DNA of 63,737 bases, the filler included. It is 3 parts of 3 records of this genome, joined end to end, with 100 filler letters (N's around TTAATTAATTAA, not from the genome) between each part and the next. Parts side by side here need not be neighbours in the genome. Positions count along the whole stretch, not along the records: positions 30,134 to 56,558 come from SRR22947727_978; 2 more parts are not named here. One strand, 5' to 3'. The notes below the pieces were generated by a model. The model did no database searches. It had not been told where the DNA came from and saw nothing but the letters and a program-made list of their open reading frames with translations. A program made the position numbers and the translations under genes. Within the stretch, counting starts at the first letter, position 1. Each line of letters starts with the position of its first letter. Below are positions 41,831 to 51,666 of the stretch, piece by piece.

Positions 41831-41849
41831 CCATAAATAATTTTTATGG
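41831..41849. promoter_or_regulatory. LysR-type operator in the divergent promoter region
   Basis: CCATAA-ataattt-TTATGG dyad (T-N11-A; ATAA-N7-TTAT) 40 bp upstream of the LysR gene, with a weaker copy at 41815-41829. Confidence 0.7.
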
Positions 41850-41889
41850 GTTAACATATGACACCTAGCAAACAAACAAGAGGCATGAA

Positions 41890-42834
41890 ATGATTAGCCT
41901 GTGGCAGATGACGGTCATTCGCGAAATCATGAAGACCGGTTCAATTTCTGCCGCAGCGCGACAATTGGGGCGTACCCAGCCGGCCCTAAGCGCAACCGTA
42001 AAAGAACTTGAAAAAAACATGAATTGCCAGTTATTTGAGCGCCAGAGGGGCCGTTTAATCCCTGTCCCTGAAGCTTTTTTTCTGCTTGATAGGGCCAATG
42101 AAATTCTGGAGCAGGTTGACGATCTGAAACAATTATTAAAATCAGGTGGCGAAGCAACCCCGACAAAAATCAATATCAGTTCAATGCCTGTCTTTGGTGA
42201 TCATTTCCTGCCAGCCATCATTGCCGAATTCTCTAAAAAACATCCGAAAGCCAATTTTCAAGTCGCGGTTCAAGGATCGCCTGAAGTCATTTCCAGCATG
42301 GAAACACAACGATTCGATGTTGGCCTTGCCGAGCGCGGCAAAGACAGTGATTTGATTCACTGTCGGCGCTTTGACGTTGATTGCGTTTGTGCCTTACCAA
42401 ATGGGGATCCGCTTTTAGCAAAATCGGTGATCGAGCCAGCAGATCTGGCAGGCCGCCCCTGCGCGAGCTTTTTGCCCGAACATCATATTGCCGAGGCGCT
42501 CAAAGCGGCTTTTGATAATGCTGGTGTCGCTTTCGATCCAAAATTCCAGATGCAGAATGGGGCCGCCCAATATGAAATTATCGGATCGGGTGCGGGCTTT
42601 GGCGTCTTTAGCCCGTTAAATGCATGGATTCATCGCCGCCTTTGGCCAGATAATAACAGCATTGCCTTTCGCCGATTCACGCCAAAGATCACCTATCAAT
42701 TTTCCATCATCACGCCAAAACGTCACCCGCTATCGCGCGCGGCAATGGCCTTTGCGCGCGCCCTTGAAGCGGCTGTTATCCAGATGCTTGACGAGGCACA
42801 AAGCCATATTGATGACGCCCCTAACAGCCCGTGA
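41890..42834 (+). CDS. LysR-family transcriptional regulator
   Basis: GSISAAARQLGRTQPALSATVKELE HTH; divergent from the TAXI-TRAP operon. Confidence 0.96.
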   Translation: MISLWQMTVIREIMKTGSISAAARQLGRTQPALSATVKELEKNMNCQLFERQRGRLIPVPEAFFLLDRANEILEQVDDLKQLLKSGGEATPTKINISSMPVFGDHFLPAIIAEFSKKHPKANFQVAVQGSPEVISSMETQRFDVGLAERGKDSDLIHCRRFDVDCVCALPNGDPLLAKSVIEPADLAGRPCASFLPEHHIAEALKAAFDNAGVAFDPKFQMQNGAAQYEIIGSGAGFGVFSPLNAWIHRRLWPDNNSIAFRRFTPKITYQFSIITPKRHPLSRAAMAFARALEAAVIQMLDEAQSHIDDAPNSP

Positions 42835-42854
42835 TAAGATCGCCAGTGCGGGGG

Positions 42855-44432
42855 TCAAATCAGGCGGGGCAGCGCGTCATCAATCTTGCGGCGCGGCCTT
42901 TTCGGTGACGGTTTTCGGCTTCCCAATTTTTGATAGACGGCACGGGCCATTGCCTTGAAATGATCGCTTTTGCGAACCGCATAAATCCGGTCACGCGCGT
43001 CGCGCATGGCAGCTGTATTTTCGACAATAGGCAAGGGGTAATCGCGTCCACTGACCCAGCCAATCGCCGCCGCCTCGACCGGCGGCATGGCCTGCGGCTG
43101 ATGAATCCATTGTGGTGGCAAATGCGCCAGTTCAGGCACCCAGCGGCGGATAAATTGCCCGTCAGGATCATGATCAATCGATTGTTTGACCGGATTATAG
43201 ATGCGGATTGTGTTGATGCCAGTCACCCCCGATTGCATCTGAAACTGGCTGTAATGAATGCCAGCTTCATAATCGGTAAATAATTGCGCCAGATAGGGCG
43301 CGGTTAACCGCCAATCGAGCCATAGATGATAGCTGGCAAAACTGACCAGCATTGCCCGCATCCGAAAAGTAATCCAGCCTTGATGATTCAACGAACGCAT
43401 GCAGGCATCAATCATCGGATAGCCGGTTTGCCCTGCTTTCCATGCAGCTAGATAGGCCGCTTTGCGACTGGCATCTTCATCTGTATCATTACGAACCGTT
43501 TCATAAAGCGGGTGCATTGCTGCCCATTCAATATCTGGCTGGTCTTCAAGCTTTTGCATGAAATGACAGCGCCAAGCCAGCCGCGACATCACCGCACGGC
43601 AACCGCGGCGCTTGGCTGTGGTGATATTATTTTCCGGATTGCCTAGATAATTGCTGATGCTGGCCTCTACCTCACGCGATGACATCGTTCCCCATGCTAG
43701 ATGTGGCGATAATCGCATTGATGTATCCGGCCCTTGTGATGGCGAGGCTAGATTCTTGATATAGAATTGACTTCGATCTCGCAAAAATGAGGTAAGCAGG
43801 GCAATGGCCGCTTTGCGCCCACCCGTTTGCACATGCGGCTGGGTGGCAGTTTTTCCACTTGCTGGCAATTGGTCAAGGGCCGCCCCAAAAAGCGGGTCAT
43901 CTTTTTGCGGGATCGCCTCGCTTTGCAGCAGAGGCAAGGCTGGCAGGCTGGTAGGTCGCGGAATCCGGCTTGCCTGCATGCGCTGATGGCGTATCGCCGC
44001 CCAATCATTTCGGTTCTTCAACCGACGAACAACGCCATTTGCCGGTGATTCCTGAAATGGTATATCTGCCCGCTGGCAATAGGCATGCACTTTTTGATCA
44101 CGCGCATAGGTCCACGCGTCGCCGGTTTCTTCATGCGCATAGATCGCCTGAATTTGTACATGGCGCGACAGCTCATCCAGCACGTCAGTTACCTCGCCAA
44201 TGCGTAAAATCAACCGCTGCCCAAGCGCTGCAAGGCTGGCATCCAGCTCGTGAAGACAGTCGTTCACAAAACACCAATGCCGCCGTGACGATGTTGGCAA
44301 TCGCCAATAATCCGGCTCGACGACAAAAAGCGGCAAAACAAAATCGGCGTCATGCACTGCATTGGCCAGCGGCGCATGGTCAAACACACGAAGGTCACGT
44401 TTGAACCAGACAATGATCACTTTGGGCTGCAT
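42855..44432 (-). CDS. Photolyase/cryptochrome family protein
   Basis: [53 protein letters not shown]. Confidence 0.93.
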   Translation of the reverse strand: MQPKVIIVWFKRDLRVFDHAPLANAVHDADFVLPLFVVEPDYWRLPTSSRRHWCFVNDCLHELDASLAALGQRLILRIGEVTDVLDELSRHVQIQAIYAHEETGDAWTYARDQKVHAYCQRADIPFQESPANGVVRRLKNRNDWAAIRHQRMQASRIPRPTSLPALPLLQSEAIPQKDDPLFGAALDQLPASGKTATQPHVQTGGRKAAIALLTSFLRDRSQFYIKNLASPSQGPDTSMRLSPHLAWGTMSSREVEASISNYLGNPENNITTAKRRGCRAVMSRLAWRCHFMQKLEDQPDIEWAAMHPLYETVRNDTDEDASRKAAYLAAWKAGQTGYPMIDACMRSLNHQGWITFRMRAMLVSFASYHLWLDWRLTAPYLAQLFTDYEAGIHYSQFQMQSGVTGINTIRIYNPVKQSIDHDPDGQFIRRWVPELAHLPPQWIHQPQAMPPVEAAAIGWVSGRDYPLPIVENTAAMRDARDRIYAVRKSDHFKAMARAVYQKLGSRKPSPKRPRRKIDDALPRLI

Positions 44433-44592
44433 GGCTGGATATTAGCACTAACGCATGAGGGCTTTCAATTGGTCTGGCATTGCCACCGCAAAGATTGTGT
44501 CAGCTTGCCCGATCACCCGATCAAATTCGCCTTTACCTTCTGGTTTTCTGTGGTTAAATCTGTTTCACCTTCCGTTTTGAAAGCAATATGTC

Positions 44593-45852
44593 ATGACCAA
44601 AATTTCTGCTGAACTTCTTGAAAATATTCGCGGCCAATTTGTCCAGATTGATCGCTGTCCAGTTCAAGGACCACGCGTTTTCTTTGAAAATGCGGGCGGC
44701 GCCCTGACGCTTAGCAAGATCGTTGACACATCGGCAAAATATGCAGCGATCCCCGATAATCAGGGTCGCGACAATCTGGGCTCGCATGAGCTGGTTCGCG
44801 TAATTGACAAGGCCAAACAAGATTTGCGCGCTTTTATGAATGCGCCAAAGGGGCAGTTTTTTGTTGGCGAAAGCGGTACTGAACTGATTTTCCGTCTGGT
44901 GATGAATGCCTGTCTTGGCACGGCAAAAGATGGGGTTGTGCTTGGCTCGACAATTGAACATCCCGCAACCAGAAGCGCCTGCGCGCGCTGGGCGCCGATT
45001 AGCGGCAAGGAACATGTTCTAATCACGCATGATGATGCCAAAGGGCTTGTCACCGCTGATGCCTATGCAAGTCATATTTCAAAAGACACACGCGTTGCAA
45101 CGATTTTGCACACATCACCTGTCACCGGCATGGGCATGGATGTGGCCACCATTGCCAAAGCGATCCGCGCGGTTAGCCCTGATTGTTTCATCATTGTTGA
45201 CGGTATCCAGCATGCCGCCCATGGGCAGATTGATATCAGTGCCTATGATGTTGATGGTTATGTCATCTCGCCTTATAAAATGTTTTCGCGGCATGGCTAT
45301 GGCCTCGCGTGGATTTCTGACCGTATGGCCGCGCTGCCGCATGACAGTCTTGTTGGTGGGCCAGCCGAAAATTGGGAACTTGGCACGCGCGATACCGGCG
45401 CCTATGCCACCATGTCTGATGTTGTTGACTATATTGAATGGCTTGGCAGTCAGGTATGTGACAGCGATGATCAACGTACCCGTTTCGAGGCCGCTGGCAA
45501 TGCCATCCATGATCACGAACAGGTGCTAACCGATGCCATGATCCACGGCACTGGCAATTTGCCCGGCCTTGCTGAAATGGCGCATGTTCATATCATTGGC
45601 GGCGTTGATAATCCGGCGCGTGAAGGGCTGGTTTCAATTTATGTTGATGGCATCGATTCAAAAGATGTTGTCGCCCGCCTGAACAGCGAAGGGGTCAGAA
45701 CCCATCTTCGTAAAGCCGATCATTATTCCGGAAATGTTCTTGATCCACTTGGCCTTGATAGCTGCATTCGGGTGTCAATGTGCCATTATAACAGCACCGC
45801 TGAAGTGGCACAGTTTCTTGGCGTGATGAAAAATATCACCAGCCCCAACTAG
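44593..45852 (+). CDS. Class V PLP-dependent enzyme (SufS/NifS-like fold)
   Basis: FFENAGG, IEHP, DGIQH, SPYK (PLP Lys), ELGT, RVSMCHYN. Confidence 0.88.
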   Translation: MTKISAELLENIRGQFVQIDRCPVQGPRVFFENAGGALTLSKIVDTSAKYAAIPDNQGRDNLGSHELVRVIDKAKQDLRAFMNAPKGQFFVGESGTELIFRLVMNACLGTAKDGVVLGSTIEHPATRSACARWAPISGKEHVLITHDDAKGLVTADAYASHISKDTRVATILHTSPVTGMGMDVATIAKAIRAVSPDCFIIVDGIQHAAHGQIDISAYDVDGYVISPYKMFSRHGYGLAWISDRMAALPHDSLVGGPAENWELGTRDTGAYATMSDVVDYIEWLGSQVCDSDDQRTRFEAAGNAIHDHEQVLTDAMIHGTGNLPGLAEMAHVHIIGGVDNPAREGLVSIYVDGIDSKDVVARLNSEGVRTHLRKADHYSGNVLDPLGLDSCIRVSMCHYNSTAEVAQFLGVMKNITSPN

Positions 45853-45885
45853 ACCGGCAAATCAAACAGCCGGCCTTGTCACTGA

Positions 45886-46419
45886 CTAGTCCTTTTCGGC
45901 ATCAATCAGGATAAAGGCAATCTGGCAAGGTTCGGTGCCACGGTTCGACCAAGCATGGTTAGTGCCCTGCTGGACGATCACATCACCAGCTTTGACCAAA
46001 TATTCGTCTTCATCCATCATCATGTAAATTTCGCCGGTCAGAACCACCGCATAATCCAGACTGTCAGTGCGGTGCATAAAAGGATGGCGCGCACCTTCAA
46101 CAATATTCGCACCAGCGCCCATTTCTGAAAATGCCGCTTTGCCATCAAGCTTGGCCAGCTCGTCGGGATTTTCCGGATCAAACTGGACAATGCGAAAAAC
46201 CGAACCATTTTTAGGTGGATGCAGAATCAGCGGGCCGGTCACCGGATCGTCATGCCGTTCCATCGCCGCTGGGGTTTTGGTGTTCTGCCATAAATTGGTC
46301 AAGGTCACGCCGGGACGATTGGGACGCTGTAAAATACAGTCAGCATCGCCATCCATGATCACCGTTGCCACACCATTTTCATCATGGCCGGTCACAACAC
46401 GCCTGATTTTTCTTCCCAT
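45886..46419 (-). CDS. Cupin-domain protein
   Basis: RRVVTGHD, MHRTDSLDY...GEI, QQGTNHAWSN. Confidence 0.88.
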   Translation of the reverse strand: MGRKIRRVVTGHDENGVATVIMDGDADCILQRPNRPGVTLTNLWQNTKTPAAMERHDDPVTGPLILHPPKNGSVFRIVQFDPENPDELAKLDGKAAFSEMGAGANIVEGARHPFMHRTDSLDYAVVLTGEIYMMMDEDEYLVKAGDVIVQQGTNHAWSNRGTEPCQIAFILIDAEKD

Positions 46420-46538
46420 ATTTCGCCCTCTATACCTTACGGTAAATAGATCCCATCATTACGTCTGGACATGATTGCGTCCGGTTGCGACCGGCAAGGC
46501 ATACCCTTGCCCGTGAAACACAATCATAGAGGCTGGCA

Positions 46539-47681
46539 CTAGCTTTTGGCGATATTTTTCTTTGGGTCGTAAAATGGCATTTCAACCAGATCGGCTTTGC
46601 ACAGGCCCTGTGCAGCCTTGACATCAAATTGCGCGCCCAATTCATGATCCTGAGAATCGATCATGGCAAGCGCGATATTCTGCTCAAGCCGCGGCGAATA
46701 GACAGCTGACGTCACTTTGCCAATCACTTTGCCGTTTTTCATCACAGGCCAGAAGGTGGTGTTTGGCGCGGTTAATGGCGCCCCATGCAAGATCAATCCA
46801 GCCTGTTTGCGTGACACGCCTTTTTCACGAATGGCCAGCAACGCTGATTTGCCAACAAAATCATGTGCTTCATCAAGCGCAACCAGCCGGTCAAGCCCCA
46901 GCTCGAACGGATTGGTATTGATATCCATATCGGCATGATAAGACAGCATGCCGCCTTCAATCCGGCGAATGCTCGATGTATGCCCTGGCTTTAAGCCGAA
47001 TTCTTTTCCAGCAGCCATGATCCGATCCCATAATTCGGCACCGCGCGTGCCATCTTGAAGATAGATTTCATAACCAAGCTCGCTTGACCATCCGGTTCGA
47101 GACACCACAAGTTCCATACCATCAAGCGTTAGATGACGAAGCCAGTAATATTTAAGATCGGCAATATCTTCGCCAAATAACGCCTTCATGATATCCATTG
47201 ATCGCGGCCCTTGAAGCTGGACCGGCGAGGCATCAGGCTCGCAAATATGAACATCAAACCCAGCATGAACGGCAACACCTTGCGCCCAGAAAAGAACATC
47301 GCTATCAGCAAGCGAGATCCAGAATTTATTTTCTTCCAGCCGCAAAATGATCGGGTCGTTCAAAATACCGCCTTCGGCATTGGTGATAAGCGCATATTTA
47401 CATTGACCAACCGCCATTTTGCTGAGGTCGCGCGGGGTTAGATATTGAACAAATTTTGCAGCATCGGGGCCAGTGACCTGAACCTGACGTTCAACCGCGA
47501 CATCACATAAAATCGCATGATTGACCAGATTCCAGAAATTTTGTTCAGGGTCGCCAAAATCGCGCGGAATATACATATGATTATAAACTGAAAATGCCTT
47601 TGCACCCCATTTCACCGTAGCGTCAAAATAAGGAGATTTGCGGATTTGTGTTCCAAAACCAAAATCAACAAGATCAGACAT
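46539..47681 (-). CDS. GcvT-family THF-dependent demethylase/aminomethyltransferase, DmdA-like paralog
   Basis: VYNHMY, DVAVERQV, NDP, WISLADSD, SRTGWS.E.GYE, RRIEGG, YSPRL. Confidence 0.88.
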   Translation of the reverse strand: MSDLVDFGFGTQIRKSPYFDATVKWGAKAFSVYNHMYIPRDFGDPEQNFWNLVNHAILCDVAVERQVQVTGPDAAKFVQYLTPRDLSKMAVGQCKYALITNAEGGILNDPIILRLEENKFWISLADSDVLFWAQGVAVHAGFDVHICEPDASPVQLQGPRSMDIMKALFGEDIADLKYYWLRHLTLDGMELVVSRTGWSSELGYEIYLQDGTRGAELWDRIMAAGKEFGLKPGHTSSIRRIEGGMLSYHADMDINTNPFELGLDRLVALDEAHDFVGKSALLAIREKGVSRKQAGLILHGAPLTAPNTTFWPVMKNGKVIGKVTSAVYSPRLEQNIALAMIDSQDHELGAQFDVKAAQGLCKADLVEMPFYDPKKNIAKS

Positions 47682-47915
47682 AGGTGAATTCTCCCAAAGC
47701 GAACGCGCCCTTTTGGCAAGCGCAAAAATGAATAGCAGTCAAAACCTACCGTGACGTTTTAAGCAAACTACCCGCTGAACGTCTAATTTTGTTCAATTCC
47801 CACACAACAGTGACGCCGTTTACCTATTTTCAAATGATGGCCAAGCGTCAAAGCGGCATTTGCTTGATGGGGTATTTAATTTTGGATTACTTGATTCTGG
47901 GTTATTGGTCTTTGG

Positions 47916-48638
47916 TCATTTAGCGATGCAGCGGAACCCGATATAGACAACCGCCATATCACGCGGCTTGGTGGCGCCATAATCTGATCGCATCTGATCG
48001 GCACCATACCACCATGACCCCCCCATTGTTGCCTGGGATGACCCATTGCCCATCACCGCCCATTCCCAGACATTCGCGCCCATATCAAACAGACCATTGA
48101 CCCCCGCTTTTGTTTGCCCTGCCGGTGCATGGCCAAAACCACGATCAAGATAGCGGCTATAGTCACGCTTGCCAGCAATCGGCCGCAGATCAGCACCGCA
48201 TTCGGCAAGACAATTTGCACCGTCAGGGCTGTTGCCGGTTGGAAATTCATAGGTCATGCCACGCTGAAAAGATGCTGGTGGATCAGGGCGTAACTCGGTA
48301 TAGCCAGCCCTAATCCATTCATCACGATGCGGCAATCTTTGGCCGCGCCAGTCGCAATAGGCCATTGCCTCATCAAAGGTAATATGAACCGCCGGTTCAT
48401 CTGGCGGGCTTGCAATCCCATAGGGGTGACGCCAGTTCCAGTCAGGCTTGACCACCCAGCCCGCCTCATAGACCATCCCGCCCGCATCCTCGGCCTTGGT
48501 GCGAAATCCGGTGGCGGCGACAAATTCGGCAAAGGCTCCGATTGTCACTTCAGTTTGATCAATGCCCGATACCGTATCGGCGCGCGCCGAAGACATGAAT
48601 ATCAGCGATATAATAAAACATAAAAGACGCGATAACAT
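47916..48638 (-). CDS. Secreted FGE-sulfatase-fold protein (SUMF1/EgtB/PvdO family)
   Basis: Signal peptide, TEVT, NGLFDMGANVWEW, GGSW, GFRC. Start ATG 48638 after GAGGAG. Confidence 0.85.
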   Translation of the reverse strand: MLSRLLCFIISLIFMSSARADTVSGIDQTEVTIGAFAEFVAATGFRTKAEDAGGMVYEAGWVVKPDWNWRHPYGIASPPDEPAVHITFDEAMAYCDWRGQRLPHRDEWIRAGYTELRPDPPASFQRGMTYEFPTGNSPDGANCLAECGADLRPIAGKRDYSRYLDRGFGHAPAGQTKAGVNGLFDMGANVWEWAVMGNGSSQATMGGSWWYGADQMRSDYGATKPRDMAVVYIGFRCIAK

Positions 48639-48787
48639 GCACCGTCTCCTCATTTCAGGCAGAGCCAAACAGCCTTGACGTCTACAGACTGCAGACTGAG
48701 AATAAACTTCACTTTTAGATTGCGATAGTCTTATTCTAAATTCACGAAAATAGCGTTATATGACCGTCAAAAGGGGAGTGCGTGACA

Positions 48788-50182
48788 ATGAGCCGTGATC
48801 AGGCGTTGAGCAAAATTGATAATTATTTCAAAAATGGTGAGTTTGAAGCCGAACTCGCCCGCCGCATCGCCTTTAAGACCGAAAGCAATCTTGCCGGTTG
48901 CGAGGCCGCGCTGCAGGCTTATCTTGATGATGAGCTTGTTCCCTGCCTAGCAGATCTTGGCTTTACCTGTGAAATCTTTCCAAATCCACGAGCTTATGCA
49001 GGCCCGTTTCTGGTGGCGAGGCGCATCGAAGGCGATGATCTGCCAACGGTTATGACCTATGGTCATGGTGATGTTGTTGCCGGCTATGACACGCAATGGG
49101 ACAATCAAATGTCACCATGGCAAATCACCAAGGATGGCAAGCGCTGGTATGGGCGCGGCACCGCCGACAATAAGGGTCAACACACAATCAATATCGCCGC
49201 CCTGAAGACCGTCCTCGAAACGCGGGGCAAGCTTGGCTTTAACGTTACGATCCTGATCGAAATGGGCGAGGAACGCGGGTCACCCGGGTTGAAGGATTTT
49301 TGCGCAGCGCATAAGGATTTATTCAAGGCCGATGTGTTTATCGCATCTGACGGCCCGCGAATCCACCCTGACAAACCAACCATTTTCATGGGATCACGCG
49401 GGGTGTTTAATTTCACCATGCGGCTTGAATCGCATTCTGGCGGGCATCATTCGGGTAACTGGGGTGGCTTACTAACCAATCCAGGTGTGGTGATGGCGCA
49501 TGCGCTTGCCAGCATGATTGACCGCAATGGCAAGATTCTTGTCGAAGGCTGGCGCAACACCCACATCCCCAATTCGGTTCGCGCGGCGATTGCCAAGCTT
49601 GAGGTTGGTGGCGGCGAAAATGCGCCAGAGATTAACCCACATTGGGGCGAGCCTGACATGACCCTCGCCGAGCGGGTTTTTGCCAGCAACACGTTTGAAG
49701 TGCGCGCCTTTGAAACTGGCAATCCGCAATCACCCGCCAATGCCATTCCGCCAAGCGCCGTTGTGTTTGGCCATCTACGCTATGTTGTTGGCACCGAGGT
49801 CAACCAGCTCATGCCGTTGCTGCGAACGCATCTCGACAAGCATGGCTTTGGCGATATTAGCATCACCAGTGAACGGGACCCTATGTATGCCACCCGATTA
49901 GACCCTGATCATCCATGGGCAAAATGGGCAATTGCATCGCTTGGGCAAACCGCTGATGAGGAGATTTCAGTCGTACCAAATCTTGGCGGATCATTACCGA
50001 ATGACGTCTTTGCCGATTTGCTTGGCCTACCAACCATCTGGGTCCCCCATAGCTATGCTGGCTGTTCACAACATGCACCAAATGAGCATATTCTGGAGTC
50101 AATCAGCCAATCGGCACTTCGGCTGATGACTGGCTTATGGTGGGATCTTGGCGCTGGCAAAACACCAAAAAAACCCACTTGA
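48788..50182 (+). CDS. M20-family metallopeptidase/amidohydrolase
   Basis: YGHGDVV, GRGTADNKG, MGEE, HSGNWGG, HAPNE. Confidence 0.92.
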   Translation: MSRDQALSKIDNYFKNGEFEAELARRIAFKTESNLAGCEAALQAYLDDELVPCLADLGFTCEIFPNPRAYAGPFLVARRIEGDDLPTVMTYGHGDVVAGYDTQWDNQMSPWQITKDGKRWYGRGTADNKGQHTINIAALKTVLETRGKLGFNVTILIEMGEERGSPGLKDFCAAHKDLFKADVFIASDGPRIHPDKPTIFMGSRGVFNFTMRLESHSGGHHSGNWGGLLTNPGVVMAHALASMIDRNGKILVEGWRNTHIPNSVRAAIAKLEVGGGENAPEINPHWGEPDMTLAERVFASNTFEVRAFETGNPQSPANAIPPSAVVFGHLRYVVGTEVNQLMPLLRTHLDKHGFGDISITSERDPMYATRLDPDHPWAKWAIASLGQTADEEISVVPNLGGSLPNDVFADLLGLPTIWVPHSYAGCSQHAPNEHILESISQSALRLMTGLWWDLGAGKTPKKPT

Positions 50183-50229
50183 TTGGCCAGCTTGGCCGCG
50201 ACCTTTTCGAATGTGAAGGAGACCATAAA

Positions 50230-51663
50230 ATGTCAAATTTGTGTGACAAAACAGCTGTTGAACTCCGCCGGTTAATTGGGTGCAAAGACATCTCACCAGT
50301 CGAACTGCTAGAGAGTTGCATCACGCGGATCGAAGCCGCTGACGGGGCTGTTAATGCGGTTGTAACCCGCGCATTTGACCGTGCTCGGAAAGAGGCTTTG
50401 CATGCCGAAAAAACGGTTCTTGATGGCGAGGAATTAGGCCTTCTTCACGGGCTACCTGTTGGCATCAAGGATCTTGAGGCGACAGATGGCATTCGGACTA
50501 CACTTGGTTCAAAGCTCTATTCCGATCATATACCGAACAAGGATCAAGGATCAGTTGCCAATATCCGCGCCGAGGGCGGCATCATTATTGGCAAGACCAA
50601 CACGCCAGAATTTGGCGCAGGCGCTAACACACGCAATCTTGTCTTTGGCGCGACCGGGAACCCCTTTGCGCCCGAAAAAACCTGTGGTGGCTCATCTGGC
50701 GGCTCAGCAGTTGCGCTTGCCACTGGCATGATGCCACTTGCTAGCGGTTCGGATTATGGCGGCAGCCTCCGCACTCCGGCAGGCTTTTGTGGCGTTGTTG
50801 GCATCCGGCCATCACCAGGCGTTGTCGCTGCAGAAGGGCGACCTGTTGGCCTTCTGCCCTTCTCGGTTCTGGGGCCGATGGGCCGCACTGTTGATGACGC
50901 CTATTTATTGCTCCAAGCGCAAATGGGTGTTGATGCACATGACCCTTTTTCAACCATGCCTGATATGGATTTATTTGCACCTTTAAAATCGGCTGATCTA
51001 AGTAGCATCAAAGCGATGATCACGCCTGATTTTGGCACTGCTCCCATGTCAAAAAGCTATCGTTCCATTTTTGCTGAACGGGTTAGTATTTTTAGCGGTC
51101 ATTTTGCCGCCACCCTTGATGGCAACCCCGACTTCACCGATGGCGATAATTCTTTTGAAGTTCTGCGTGGGGTTAATTTTGTTGCCGCTCATGGCGAGCG
51201 TGTACGCCAGCACCGTGATAAATTAAGCCCGAATGTTGTGGATAATGTTGACCGTGGCCTTGCCTATAGTCTGGAAGATGTGGCTAAGGCACATTTGCAG
51301 CAAAGCCGAATTGCCCGCAACTGGCTAGATCTTTTTGACGAGGTAGATGTTGTGATCTGCCCAGCGGCATCAACAACACCATTTGCCCATGATCAATGGT
51401 CAGTTTCTGAGATTGATGATGAAAGAATGGCAACCTATATGCGCTGGCTTGCCATCACCTATCTGCCAACGATGGCGCTTGCCAGCGGCGTTGTTCTACC
51501 ATGCGGGCTTGACGACCAGAAAATGCCGTTTGGCATTCAGATTCTTAGCGCGCCCGGTCGTGACCGACTAGTCATCGAAGTGGCAAAAGCGCTTGAAGAT
51601 GTGCTTGCCATGCATCCGGCAACCATGCGTCCAATTCCTGATCTAACAAAATTAACTGGCTAG
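50230..51663 (+). CDS. Amidase-signature family enzyme
   Basis: VGIKD, GKTNTPEFG, GGSSGGS, GSDYGGSLR. Start ATG 50230 after AAGGAG. Confidence 0.93.
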   Translation: MSNLCDKTAVELRRLIGCKDISPVELLESCITRIEAADGAVNAVVTRAFDRARKEALHAEKTVLDGEELGLLHGLPVGIKDLEATDGIRTTLGSKLYSDHIPNKDQGSVANIRAEGGIIIGKTNTPEFGAGANTRNLVFGATGNPFAPEKTCGGSSGGSAVALATGMMPLASGSDYGGSLRTPAGFCGVVGIRPSPGVVAAEGRPVGLLPFSVLGPMGRTVDDAYLLLQAQMGVDAHDPFSTMPDMDLFAPLKSADLSSIKAMITPDFGTAPMSKSYRSIFAERVSIFSGHFAATLDGNPDFTDGDNSFEVLRGVNFVAAHGERVRQHRDKLSPNVVDNVDRGLAYSLEDVAKAHLQQSRIARNWLDLFDEVDVVICPAASTTPFAHDQWSVSEIDDERMATYMRWLAITYLPTMALASGVVLPCGLDDQKMPFGIQILSAPGRDRLVIEVAKALEDVLAMHPATMRPIPDLTKLTG

Positions 51664-51666
51664 TCT

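Noticed and set aside
46539-47681. Calling the gene dmdA or gcvT
   Set aside because: No gcvH/gcvP nearby and the motifs differ from DmdA as I recall it; a phylogeny is needed.
47682-47915. Glycine or SAM riboswitch upstream of the GcvT-family gene
   Set aside because: I could not find the conserved aptamer motifs on the coding strand; an Rfam scan would settle it.
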